Virus record (IMG/VR): IMGVR_UViG_3300032373_000001
From: a virus
Lineage: Duplodnaviria > Caudoviricetes
Strand: one strand, 5' to 3'
Length of the DNA: 64,000 bases
Shown: positions 27,058-35,201 of the stretch, piece after piece
Layout of the letters: each line of letters opens with the position of its first letter
How positions within the stretch are numbered: position 1 is the first letter of the stretch
The notes under the pieces: generated by a model
Database searches by the model: none
What the model saw: only the letters and a program-made list of their open reading frames with translations
Told to the model about the DNA's origin: nothing
Made by a program: the position numbers and the translations under genes

Positions 27058-27753
27058 TCAGTACGCCCACCCATCGTAGTCAGTCCAGGGCTTCTTCTTC
27101 CCCTGCCCCATCCCTCGGGTGACCATCTTCCCGCCGAGCTTGCCCAGGGCCTCGAAGACCTTCTTGAGCGTCGTCCCGTGCTTCCGGGCACCAGCCTCCG
27201 TGACCATGGCCCGGAAACCGCCCAGCTGAGAGTCGATGTCCTCCAGATACGCGGAGGTGAACACCCCACCCTTCTTGCGGGGCTGCCACTGGAGCACGCG
27301 AACCTCACCAGGGGTGAAGAAGTCACGGTTGCCCCGCGCAGCATCACCCAAGGTCAGGAGTTCCTTCTTGTAGGGGCTGGAAGACCACTCACGCTTGCGG
27401 GCCTTGTCGACCTCGGCCCCCAAGAGCGCCGTCGCATCCCGGAGGAACTTCCCGTAGGGTCCCTGGCGGACCTTGGAGGCAGGATAGGCGAGGCCCTCGA
27501 TGTAGGACTCCGCCAAGGTCAGGGGCTGGTGTCGGAGGACCGCTTGAGCGAGATCACGAGCAGAGCCCGTGGAAAGAGCACTCAAGATATCCTGGGGGAT
27601 GGGGCTGCCCATCCCATCGACGGGATCCTCGGGGTCCCAGTCGTCCTCTTCGTAATCATCCCCCCACTCGTCTTCCTCTTCCTCCCAAGTGTAATCCTGA
27701 CTGGAAGTCTTGCGGAGTCCCTCTTCTCGAAGGATTTGAGCGAGCTTGTTCAT
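27058..27753 (-). CDS. Leader family-A protein (MNKLAQILREEGLRKTSS) with acidic tract, 231 aa
   Basis: AGGAG RBS; T-N7-CTAT motif at 27782-27796. Confidence 0.85.
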   Translation of the reverse strand: MNKLAQILREEGLRKTSSQDYTWEEEEDEWGDDYEEDDWDPEDPVDGMGSPIPQDILSALSTGSARDLAQAVLRHQPLTLAESYIEGLAYPASKVRQGPYGKFLRDATALLGAEVDKARKREWSSSPYKKELLTLGDAARGNRDFFTPGEVRVLQWQPRKKGGVFTSAYLEDIDSQLGGFRAMVTEAGARKHGTTLKKVFEALGKLGGKMVTRGMGQGKKKPWTDYDGWAY

Positions 27754-27851
27754 GGGTTCTCCTTACGGGGAAGGGGGTTCGATAGGCAGGTCAGGTAAGG
27801 GTGGGGGGACTCTGCCCCATAGTTCTTCGGGGTGGGGCGGGAGGCGAAGAA

Positions 27852-28265
27852 ATGGACCCTGACCTGAAGATGTCCTTAGAGCTCGCAGTGCTGAAGATTC
27901 TCCCCAAGCACCTTAGCGCCTCCCTTCGGGAGGGCTGCGAGCGGGCAAAGGCCCAGGATGACGAGAGAAGAGTACAAGCGAACCTTGCTGCGGCTCGGCT
28001 GTTCAGCCTCGCTCATGGAGAGGGTCTTCTGGAGCTGTTCGGGGAACCGGCTCGGAGTGCAGCGGACCTTCCTGTCTGGTTCACCTCGGAAGGGCTGGTC
28101 ACCTTCACGGGGAAGGGCGTCGAGTTCTGGAGTAGGACCCCTCTGGGGGAAGTCCTACAGAAGCTCGAAGGGGTCCTTGGGAAGGACTACCTTCTTGAGT
28201 ACGGGGACAGGTACGTCTGGGATCTTCGGACGGCCCTCGAGAAGAGGTTGGCGGAGGAGTGGTAG
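27852..28265 (+). CDS. Hypothetical protein, 137 aa
   Basis: GGAGG RBS before ATG at 27852. Confidence 0.65.
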   Translation: MDPDLKMSLELAVLKILPKHLSASLREGCERAKAQDDERRVQANLAAARLFSLAHGEGLLELFGEPARSAADLPVWFTSEGLVTFTGKGVEFWSRTPLGEVLQKLEGVLGKDYLLEYGDRYVWDLRTALEKRLAEEW

Positions 28266-28267
28266 AG

Positions 28268-29065
28268 ATGACTGAAGAAGAGAAGTACTGGGAAAAGACG
28301 TTGGGGCACATGTGCATGTCCCTCGGCCAAGCGTGGGAGTTGGAGCGCAAAATCTTCCTTGAAGAGGACGCCGCAGGGCTTGACCTGGAGACCCTACTAC
28401 TCAACACCAAACAATCCGTCCTTACGGCCCTCAGAAAAGCGACGGATAGAAAGTCTGGAGGCAAGGGCTACCCCACGGAATACAACCTGTGGAGAAAGGT
28501 AACTTCTGCCCAAGTCCTCGGAATAGGGGGAGATCACCTGGAGGAACACTTCGGGGAAGAAGACCCCTACGGAAAATGGGAGCAGGGTCTCGCGGATCTC
28601 AGAACCCTCGGAGACAAAGTGGTAGCCCACTCAAACCCAGAGGGCCTTCTCCAGAAAAACGAGGACGGGGAAAACATAGAAGAAAAACAGACAGGGCGGG
28701 CGATCTCAAGCGAGGCATCCTTCGGGAAGACCAGCATGCACACCATGGTCGGGGTTTGCAAGGGAGCCCTAAACGCCGCCGAAGAAACCTTCCCGAATTT
28801 GAAAGGTCGGCTCCACCGCCACTGCCTCCCGAAGTTCAAAAGCGAAGAGGAAGTCGGCCCGATTGCGGAAGCCCTCAAGAAAAGGTTCAAGAAAAACCTC
28901 CGGGTCTTCTTCCTTCGTGGGGAGACGTTCAAATACAAATTCCTCGGGGAGGAAGAAGCTCCGCAAGAGTGGCGGGAACTTTTCGGGAAAAGGGACGGAA
29001 GAGGGTTCATCTTCTATGACGACCCTGGGGTCCGAAAGCTACTCGCCGAACAGGTCGAAGACTGA
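28268..29065 (+). CDS. Hypothetical protein with degenerate HEPN-like motif, 265 aa
   Basis: GGAG RBS; LRKATD and LRTLGDKVVAH segments. Confidence 0.6.
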   Translation: MTEEEKYWEKTLGHMCMSLGQAWELERKIFLEEDAAGLDLETLLLNTKQSVLTALRKATDRKSGGKGYPTEYNLWRKVTSAQVLGIGGDHLEEHFGEEDPYGKWEQGLADLRTLGDKVVAHSNPEGLLQKNEDGENIEEKQTGRAISSEASFGKTSMHTMVGVCKGALNAAEETFPNLKGRLHRHCLPKFKSEEEVGPIAEALKKRFKKNLRVFFLRGETFKYKFLGEEEAPQEWRELFGKRDGRGFIFYDDPGVRKLLAEQVED

Positions 29066-30379
29066 CGGTCCCTCCTCTTGAGAGTCCTCCTGGACTACTC
29101 CGAGGAAGTCCAGGAGCCTCTTGAGGCAGCCGTCGGGGTCCTGTAGGAGTTCCGACTCCCAGAGGAACAGGGAAGCGACCCGGACCCCAGCATACTCAGC
29201 CTCCCGTGCCAGGACGTACTGGTCGGGGGGCATTCCTGTAGCCTCCTCCCGGTGCCAGTAGTTGCCCAGGACCTCGACCACCTTCGAGGAGCGGACCTCG
29301 TTGGGCGGCATCCCCTGTTCGATGAGGGCTCGCTGCTCGACGGAGTAGGCCACGAAGTCAGGGTTGCGGCGCTTCCAGGTGCCGTCAGGCTCCCTCACGG
29401 TGAGCCAATAGGCATGATCACCCGTGTAGGTGAGAAGAAGGCCAGCGAGCCGTTCGAGGATCTTCTCCGGGCCGGTCTTGGGGGGCGGCGGGAGGATCCC
29501 AGCCTCCCATAGATTCTCCGCGCCGTAGCGAGCGAGCCATGCCTCCTTGCGCAGCCTCAAGGACTTCTTACGGATCGTAGGAGCTCCGGGATACACCTTC
29601 TGGTACTGGGCTGAAGCGATGCCGTGCTGAGACGTGAGGTGCCAGCTCAAGCTCTTGAGCCTCTTTCCGCAGATCCGGCAGACGACGAAGTCTTTGCCCT
29701 GGGAGGCACCCTCCCCGTAGAGCTCCGGATCCCGCCGCATGTACTCGGACCACGCCTTCCAGTCCTTGTCCTCGTAGGGGCCAGGGCAGGCGTTCTTGTG
29801 TAGCCCGATCCGAGTCCCCGAGAGCTTCTGGCCGCAGGAAGGGCAGGGGACCTGGTGCGCCTCTTCCCACCTCTCTCGGTTGAGCTTCTGCCAAGGCTCG
29901 CAGACAATGAGATGTGCTCGGCGGGCGTTGTTCGTCAAGAAGCCTCGGTTGCAGCCTTTGCACTTGTAGGGGAGGCTCTTGTTGTAGACCCACCAGTGGG
30001 CGCAGTTGATCCTGTGGGAAGGCCCGTGCCCTACATGACCGCAGGCGCAGCCGTCCTTGGGGGCCTCTGCGTCCAGGTCTACTTCGGGGAGAGTCTCTGG
30101 CCCAGGGCACTCTGAGAAGTGTTCACGCTGGGAGGTGACTCTGGCTCCGCAGATCCCACAGGGCTTCACCTTCCCCTCCAAGAAGCCTGGGCACACCCGC
30201 TCATGGTTGGCCCTGGACCGAGGGGCGCTGAACCCCATCCCGCACCCCTTCCGGCACTTGTGCGGGAGGTTCTTCGACCACTCAATGTACTGAGGGCATT
30301 CACGTCTATGGGGGTTGAGGTATGCGGGGTGGAAGTTGTTCCCGCACCCTTCACAGGTTGCCTTCTTCGCTCGGGCCAT
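29039..30379 (-). CDS. Free-standing putative homing endonuclease: array of CCHC/C2H2 zinc fingers plus Vsr-like (EDxHD-type) nuclease, 446 aa
   Basis: Six C-x(1-3)-C-x(8-12)-H-x3-C units, one MucR-like CRIC...HLTSQH, and C-terminal NPDF...VEVLGNYWH...LWESEL. Confidence 0.75.
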   Translation of the reverse strand: MARAKKATCEGCGNNFHPAYLNPHRRECPQYIEWSKNLPHKCRKGCGMGFSAPRSRANHERVCPGFLEGKVKPCGICGARVTSQREHFSECPGPETLPEVDLDAEAPKDGCACGHVGHGPSHRINCAHWWVYNKSLPYKCKGCNRGFLTNNARRAHLIVCEPWQKLNRERWEEAHQVPCPSCGQKLSGTRIGLHKNACPGPYEDKDWKAWSEYMRRDPELYGEGASQGKDFVVCRICGKRLKSLSWHLTSQHGIASAQYQKVYPGAPTIRKKSLRLRKEAWLARYGAENLWEAGILPPPPKTGPEKILERLAGLLLTYTGDHAYWLTVREPDGTWKRRNPDFVAYSVEQRALIEQGMPPNEVRSSKVVEVLGNYWHREEATGMPPDQYVLAREAEYAGVRVASLFLWESELLQDPDGCLKRLLDFLGVVQEDSQEEGPSVFDLFGE

Positions 30380-30525
30380 CGGCTATCCTTTCTTAGGTTA
30401 GATAACCTTACCCGAATGGGGCGCAGAATCAAAAACTTACCCGAAGCAGACGCGCCTTCGTGCCTACTCCACGCCCAAACTAAGGTTGTTTAGGGTTTAG
30501 CGAAAACGTAGGTTAAACGCCGATT

Positions 30526-31425
30526 TTAGGTGAAGTTGCGGGGGCTAAGTACGCCTCGACCGACGTGGCTCCCAAAGGCCGACCGGACCCCCCGCCCGAA
30601 GCGAGGTTGTTGTAGTCCCCGCAAATATTTCTCAGTTTGCTGCTTGGCAGTAGTCAACTTATCCCACTGTTCCTCAGCGTTCCTCTTGAGGTCCATGTAG
30701 GAGGAGGTCTTGTCCACGTCGAGAGAGATCCCCCCGATCGAGTAGTTGAAGCTGTCAGCCGTCCATCTATACGCCAGCATCTGAGCAGCGGTGACCAGCC
30801 CGCCCCAGAGCAGCGCCGACTTGTAAGCGGGACGCTTCTGGCACATGGCATCCACCGTGGGATAGAGGCGGTCGGTGTTGGGTGGGTGGAGGTTCCACTT
30901 CCAGACGGCGATCTCCAAGAACTCAGCGAACTCCTCATCCGTCCAGATGTAGCCGAAGACCTGGTTGTTGCAACCGATAGAGCCTTCCCCTTGCGGGGGA
31001 CGGAAGCGATAGACTCGGTCGGGGGAATTGTCCCCGGTCATAACCCTGAGCTTTCCTATCAAATCCTGAACACAGGCCGAGTAGGGGGAGTCGGGGATCT
31101 GGTTGTCTCCGACCACGCCAAACTCCATCACCACCTCTTCCTGCGGAGAGGTGGACTCCTTGCGGAACTTCCATCGGATCCGGTAGCAGCCGATGGCGGC
31201 GCTGGTCGGAATCAGCAGTGCCGCGTAGTATTCGCCCACCTGGGGGTTGACCGGCGTGCGCTGGTCGGTGCCGATCAAGACCTCTTGCCCCGTCTGGGGG
31301 TCCACGTAGTAGACGGCATAGGAAATCGAGAAGGCGTTGGTGGGGTTGCCGGTGTCGTCAACCATCTCAATCCAGAGGTCTCCGCGACCCAGCGTCTGCC
31401 CCTGTTCGAAGGTGGTAGTGCTCAT
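30526..31425 (-). CDS. Putative neck/head-completion protein, 299 aa
   Basis: Ig-like N-terminus plus helical C-terminus with YSIGGISLDV, as in head-tail adaptors; GGAGG RBS; T-N7-CTAT motif at 31458-31472. Confidence 0.55.
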   Translation of the reverse strand: MSTTTFEQGQTLGRGDLWIEMVDDTGNPTNAFSISYAVYYVDPQTGQEVLIGTDQRTPVNPQVGEYYAALLIPTSAAIGCYRIRWKFRKESTSPQEEVVMEFGVVGDNQIPDSPYSACVQDLIGKLRVMTGDNSPDRVYRFRPPQGEGSIGCNNQVFGYIWTDEEFAEFLEIAVWKWNLHPPNTDRLYPTVDAMCQKRPAYKSALLWGGLVTAAQMLAYRWTADSFNYSIGGISLDVDKTSSYMDLKRNAEEQWDKLTTAKQQTEKYLRGLQQPRFGRGVRSAFGSHVGRGVLSPRNFT

Positions 31426-31483
31426 AGATGAAGCCTCCCGTTAAGGAGGCCCACCTTATAGGCTGGGGAGGGCGCAAGGAACC

Positions 31484-31864
31484 TTAACGCCAGCCGAGCT
31501 CCGTCGCGGCTTCGTCCTCATCCATGCCCTTGTAGGTCCAGCCATTCCGGTTGGACCAGGAGAGGTCATAGTTGTCGCCGCCGCGCTTCAGGTCCTTCTC
31601 GAGGATCTCGTAGATAGCGCCGGGGACGTCCTCACCCGCCACCATGTCCCCGAGCTCGTCCCGGAGATCCAGGAGGTCGACCGAATCCAGGGTACGGTCA
31701 TTCACTGCGATCGTCACCATGTTCCGATCCACCCGGAGGGTGACGTTCTTGTAGCTGGCCTTCTTGAGTCCCGCCAGGATGGCGCGTCGGTTCTCGTCTC
31801 CCTTCGGGAGAGAAGAGGCGAGACGGATGAGGGCAATACGGTCTTGCTTGCTGATCTTGTTCAT
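31484..31864 (-). CDS. Leader family-B protein (MNKISKQDRIALIRLASSLPKGDENRRAILAGLKKAS), 126 aa
   Basis: AGGAG RBS; leader shared with the gene starting at 62893. Confidence 0.85.
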   Translation of the reverse strand: MNKISKQDRIALIRLASSLPKGDENRRAILAGLKKASYKNVTLRVDRNMVTIAVNDRTLDSVDLLDLRDELGDMVAGEDVPGAIYEILEKDLKRGGDNYDLSWSNRNGWTYKGMDEDEAATELGWR

Positions 31865-31891
31865 GAGAGGGTTCTCCTGGTACATGTAGCC

Positions 31892-32098
31892 CTATAAGGC
31901 TAAAAAAAACCTGCCGTAGCGCTTGGTGCCGATGAGGAACCCGTTCTTGGCCCGCTGGGTGGACCTGTGGTTGCCCTCATAGCTCTGGACGAAGTTGTAG
32001 AGCCCCTCGATGGTGCTCCGGTCAAAGGCGACCTCGGTTGAGGGACCTGGAGAATGCTGGCAAGGCGGGTTGGCATTGGGGTCCCCCTTTCGGCTCAA
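31892..32098 (-). CDS. Hypothetical protein, 68 aa
   Basis: TTGA overlap with the upstream gene. Confidence 0.4.
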   Translation of the reverse strand: MSRKGDPNANPPCQHSPGPSTEVAFDRSTIEGLYNFVQSYEGNHRSTQRAKNGFLIGTKRYGRFFLAL

Positions 32099-32487
32099 CC
32101 CACCAACTGGGCCAAATTGGAGAGCATGTCCACATCTTCGACGATGAAGCTCAAGTCGATCGACCCAGGCCGGACCTCCTTAGCTCCCACCCTCTCCCCT
32201 TCGAGGGAAGTGATGCGGAACTCGGGCTCCACTCCGAGCCGCTCCCCGTACTCCCTCAAGACAGCGTTCTGCAGCCCCTGGAGGATGACGTTCTTGTACC
32301 GCTTCAGGACCCACTCACTGAGGCCCTCGTGATGCAGGTCCGGAACCGGATCACGGACCTGCAAGAATCCGCGGACCCAGAACAAGGTCCCCCTACGGAA
32401 AGGCGCGATCTCAGTGAGGGAGAAACGTGCTCCGGCAGTCCTCACCCCTTCTTGCCCCAAGATACCAGCCAGCCTCACATTGCCCAT
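32095..32487 (-). CDS. Leader family-A protein (MGNVRLAGILGQEGVRTAG), 130 aa
   Basis: GGAGG RBS before ATG at 32487. Confidence 0.75.
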   Translation of the reverse strand: MGNVRLAGILGQEGVRTAGARFSLTEIAPFRRGTLFWVRGFLQVRDPVPDLHHEGLSEWVLKRYKNVILQGLQNAVLREYGERLGVEPEFRITSLEGERVGAKEVRPGSIDLSFIVEDVDMLSNLAQLVG

Positions 32488-32520
32488 AGGAACCTCCAAC
32501 ACCCTTGAGGGAGAGGCTGC

Positions 32521-32760
32521 CTATTTACGGCTCAGGGCCAGGTCCCGCTTCAGGTCCTTCAACGCCTGGGAGTAGCTCAACGCCTTCACCTGCCCCTCAT
32601 CCCGGAAGAACGAGTCGCGAAGTTCCCGGCTCACGGAGCGAGGCATGTCCTCGAACAAGAATACCGCATAGTCCCCCCGCCACTCTGTTCGGAGGTACTT
32701 GCAGCCGCACACCACCAAGAAGGCAGCGAAGTACAGGTTGCGGGTCTCGTACTCAGGCAT
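32521..32760 (-). CDS. DUF5659-like small protein, 79 aa
   Basis: YETRNLYFAAFL...G......VFLF pattern; GGAG RBS. Confidence 0.7.
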   Translation of the reverse strand: MPEYETRNLYFAAFLVVCGCKYLRTEWRGDYAVFLFEDMPRSVSRELRDSFFRDEGQVKALSYSQALKDLKRDLALSRK

Positions 32761-32785
32761 GCTCCAGAGTACCCCCGCCTGCGTC

Positions 32786-33175
32786 TCAGGATCCGGAGTA
32801 GTAGGTGTTGACTACACCCCGGTAGATCTCATAGGGCTTGTCGCCTGGGTCGTAAGCCTCCGGGTCATTCCGGAACGGGTCCAGGTACTGGAACACGGCC
32901 ACAACTTCCGCCATGCCTCCCGGCCAGTAGTTCTTCTTGAAATTCGACACCAGTGCGTGAGCTTTCCGCAGCGCCTCTTGCTTCGAGGAGGCTTCGCCCG
33001 TGAGCCGAACGGCTCCGCTCGGGAACGGGACACTGATCCGCATCCGACGAAGGTCGTCGGAGGTGTAGATCTTGGGGTGTTGGCCCCAACTTGGAGGAGT
33101 CTCCTCCAAGGACCGCATCGGGACAGAGGCTTCCCGCAGTCCCTCTTGCTTCAGGATCTTCGCCAATTTGTTCAT
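32786..33175 (-). CDS. Leader family-A protein (MNKLAKILKQEGLREAS), 129 aa
   Basis: GGAG RBS; shared leader. Confidence 0.85.
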   Translation of the reverse strand: MNKLAKILKQEGLREASVPMRSLEETPPSWGQHPKIYTSDDLRRMRISVPFPSGAVRLTGEASSKQEALRKAHALVSNFKKNYWPGGMAEVVAVFQYLDPFRNDPEAYDPGDKPYEIYRGVVNTYYSGS

Positions 33176-33189
33176 GATTCTGCTCCATG

Positions 33190-33220
33190 AAAAGGCCGGC
33201 AGTGTTTACCGCCGACCTTT
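33190..33220 (-). terminator. Rho-independent terminator after the 233-aa structural gene
   Basis: 11-bp stem (AGGCCGGCAGT / ACCGCCGACCT, two G-U pairs on the minus-strand transcript) with A/T tails. Confidence 0.6.
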
Positions 33221-33243
33221 GTAGAGGTCTGAGTACCTGGAGA

Positions 33244-33945
33244 TCAGGGGGCGAGGACGTTGCCGTCGGCGTCGTAGACGACCAGGGCCGCGCCAGCGGT
33301 GCCGCTGTAGGTCCAGGTCGCTGCAGCGTACTCGCTCAGGCGACCGGCACCGCAAGAGATCTGCAGCGCGCCCGTGGAGTACAGCTGACGGTACTCGGTG
33401 TCGTTGGTGAAGGAGCCGGCGACCGTCGGATCGAAGGTGCCGGTGGGGGTCTCGGTGACCGACCCAGCGGGGAGGGTGTACTCGCCACCGCTCATGATCT
33501 TCAGCAGCTCGTTCAGGTCGCCAGTGGAAGCCGAACCGCCAGCGCTGGTCAGCTCGGTGTCGGCGACGACGCCCGCGATAGCAGCGTTCACGGCGGTCAG
33601 GGTCAGCGCCCCCGAGGCGTCCAGGATGGCGATGAGGGCAGCGGCAGCGGCGTTCGCGTTGGCGTCACTGAGGGCCGAGGTACCAGCGGCCAGGCCGCCC
33701 TGCTCGACATGGTCCAGCAGGTAGGCAGCCACGCCCGTGTAGGCAGCCACAGTGACGTCATCACCACCCGAGGTGGTGGTCGCGACCGTGTCGTTGTCCA
33801 CCCGACCGAGCAGGTAGCCGCTCTGGCCGACCGGCTGGTAGATGAGGTTGCGCTGGCTGGTGTTCGGCATCAGGTCGAGCAGCTGGAGGGTTCCAGCCGG
33901 GACGTCGGTGCGCAGGCGGCAGATGTAAGCGCGGTTGGCAGGCAT
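33244..33945 (-). CDS. Putative abundant virion protein (decoration/structural), 233 aa
   Basis: AGGAG RBS; strongly biased codons; A/T/G-rich; followed by a terminator. Confidence 0.6.
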   Translation of the reverse strand: MPANRAYICRLRTDVPAGTLQLLDLMPNTSQRNLIYQPVGQSGYLLGRVDNDTVATTTSGGDDVTVAAYTGVAAYLLDHVEQGGLAAGTSALSDANANAAAAALIAILDASGALTLTAVNAAIAGVVADTELTSAGGSASTGDLNELLKIMSGGEYTLPAGSVTETPTGTFDPTVAGSFTNDTEYRQLYSTGALQISCGAGRLSEYAAATWTYSGTAGAALVVYDADGNVLAP

Positions 33946-34022
33946 TTGAGCTTCTCCTGATTGAGGTTGGGTAGACCCCTACACCTTAAAAGGTTCCTAT
34001 TTGAAGTCTACCGGGGATTCTG

Positions 34023-34712
34023 TCAGCCTTGGATGCCATTGACCAAGACAGCTGTGATCGAGAAGGTCGCAGCGGCCCCATCCCCACGGAAGCCGACCAG
34101 TGAAGTGCCAGCCTGCTTGAAGATCTTGGAGGTCCCACTGGCAACGGGGATCTCCTGGGTCCCCGGGCCCAAGCTGAAGAAGAGGTCGTTGGCTCCGTCG
34201 GTGTTGAACACCTCGACCTCGTCCGCATACTCGCTGAAATCGACCCACATGGCGGTCTGAGGCGGGAGGTTGCTTGCCAGCCCGCTCACGTTCGGGGCAG
34301 TACCGTTGAGGATCAGGCTCCTGCGCCCTGAGCTGAGGAACCCCGCTTTCGGAACGACCAAGATCGGACCGAAAGAAGAGACGCCCCCTGCTGTGTCGAT
34401 CCCCGCCACCCGAAGGAAGTGGGGTTGACCCTCACCAGGGACCGTCGCCGAAGCGTAGTCAACCGGGTCGAAAACCGCACGGGTCAGCCCCGCATTGCGT
34501 TCCAGGACCCGGTTGATGCCGGTCCGGCGAAGAGTCTTGGAACGGAAAGTAGACCCCACAGGACGGTCAAACAGTGTCACGGGGGTGGCGTAAGCTGCAT
34601 CCAGCGTGAGCGCATCCGCGAAGCGGAAGCTCACGTAGTTGGGGTTGTTTCTCACCGAGAGGGAAATGACTCCCTGGTGCCGCTCGATCAGGTTGGCCTT
34701 GAGGGTGGTCAA
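34023..34712 (-). CDS. Putative virion structural protein, 229 aa
   Basis: TTG start after GGAGG; CGGTA-N6-CTAT motif upstream. Confidence 0.6.
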   Translation of the reverse strand: MTTLKANLIERHQGVISLSVRNNPNYVSFRFADALTLDAAYATPVTLFDRPVGSTFRSKTLRRTGINRVLERNAGLTRAVFDPVDYASATVPGEGQPHFLRVAGIDTAGGVSSFGPILVVPKAGFLSSGRRSLILNGTAPNVSGLASNLPPQTAMWVDFSEYADEVEVFNTDGANDLFFSLGPGTQEIPVASGTSKIFKQAGTSLVGFRGDGAAATFSITAVLVNGIQG

Positions 34713-34742
34713 GGAATCCTCCAGTACTAAGCCTGCGGAAGG

Positions 34743-34757
34743 ATAGCCGGACTACCG
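34743..34757 (-). promoter_or_regulatory. Putative late promoter CGGTAGTCCGGCTAT
   Basis: Matches CGGTA-N6-CTAT. Confidence 0.55.
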
Positions 34758-34802
34758 CTTCAAGTCCGGGGAGGGGCGCTCCCCCGCCCCAAACTAAAGT
34801 GC

Positions 34803-35192
34803 CTATTTGTTGGACTTCTCTTTCCGGGCGAGCCTCTCATAGCCGGAGGTCTTCTTGCCCTGGTCCCGTGCGAGCTTCGCCGCATCGCTCCAGGACTCCG
34901 TCCGCTCCCCGCCCACGTTGGGGACCAGGCTCACGGAGGGGGCATCCCGCTTCATCTCGTTCTGCTTCTGAGTGAGCCTCTGGTTCTTCTTCCGCATCTG
35001 GGTGCGGATGCGGTTGTTCTTGGAAGCCCAGCCGTCCCCTTTGAAGATGGCCCCGGAAGGCAGCGAGACGAGCTTCTTCAGGTCGGCAGACCCGCACTCT
35101 TTGCAGGGGGGCGGGTCGTCCATCTCACTCATTTTGAGGCGGTGAGTGACTTCCCTTTGGCAGGACTGGCAGCGATATTCGTAGAAGGGCAT
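34803..35192 (-). CDS. FmdB-family zinc-ribbon protein (CxxC_CxxC_SSSS), 129 aa
   Basis: MPFYEYRCQSC...CKECGS...KLVS...FKGDGW signature. Confidence 0.9.
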   Translation of the reverse strand: MPFYEYRCQSCQREVTHRLKMSEMDDPPPCKECGSADLKKLVSLPSGAIFKGDGWASKNNRIRTQMRKKNQRLTQKQNEMKRDAPSVSLVPNVGGERTESWSDAAKLARDQGKKTSGYERLARKEKSNK

Positions 35193-35201
35193 GGACGCAC
35201 T

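Noticed and set aside
30488-30500. TTTAGGGTTTAG telomere-like sequence
   Set aside because: Fewer than two full units; expected by chance in an AT-rich spacer
31902-31909. A8 homopolymer as a phase-variation or frameshift site
   Set aside because: It lies at the very end of a small uncertain ORF or in a promoter region; no second frame would be joined by slippage
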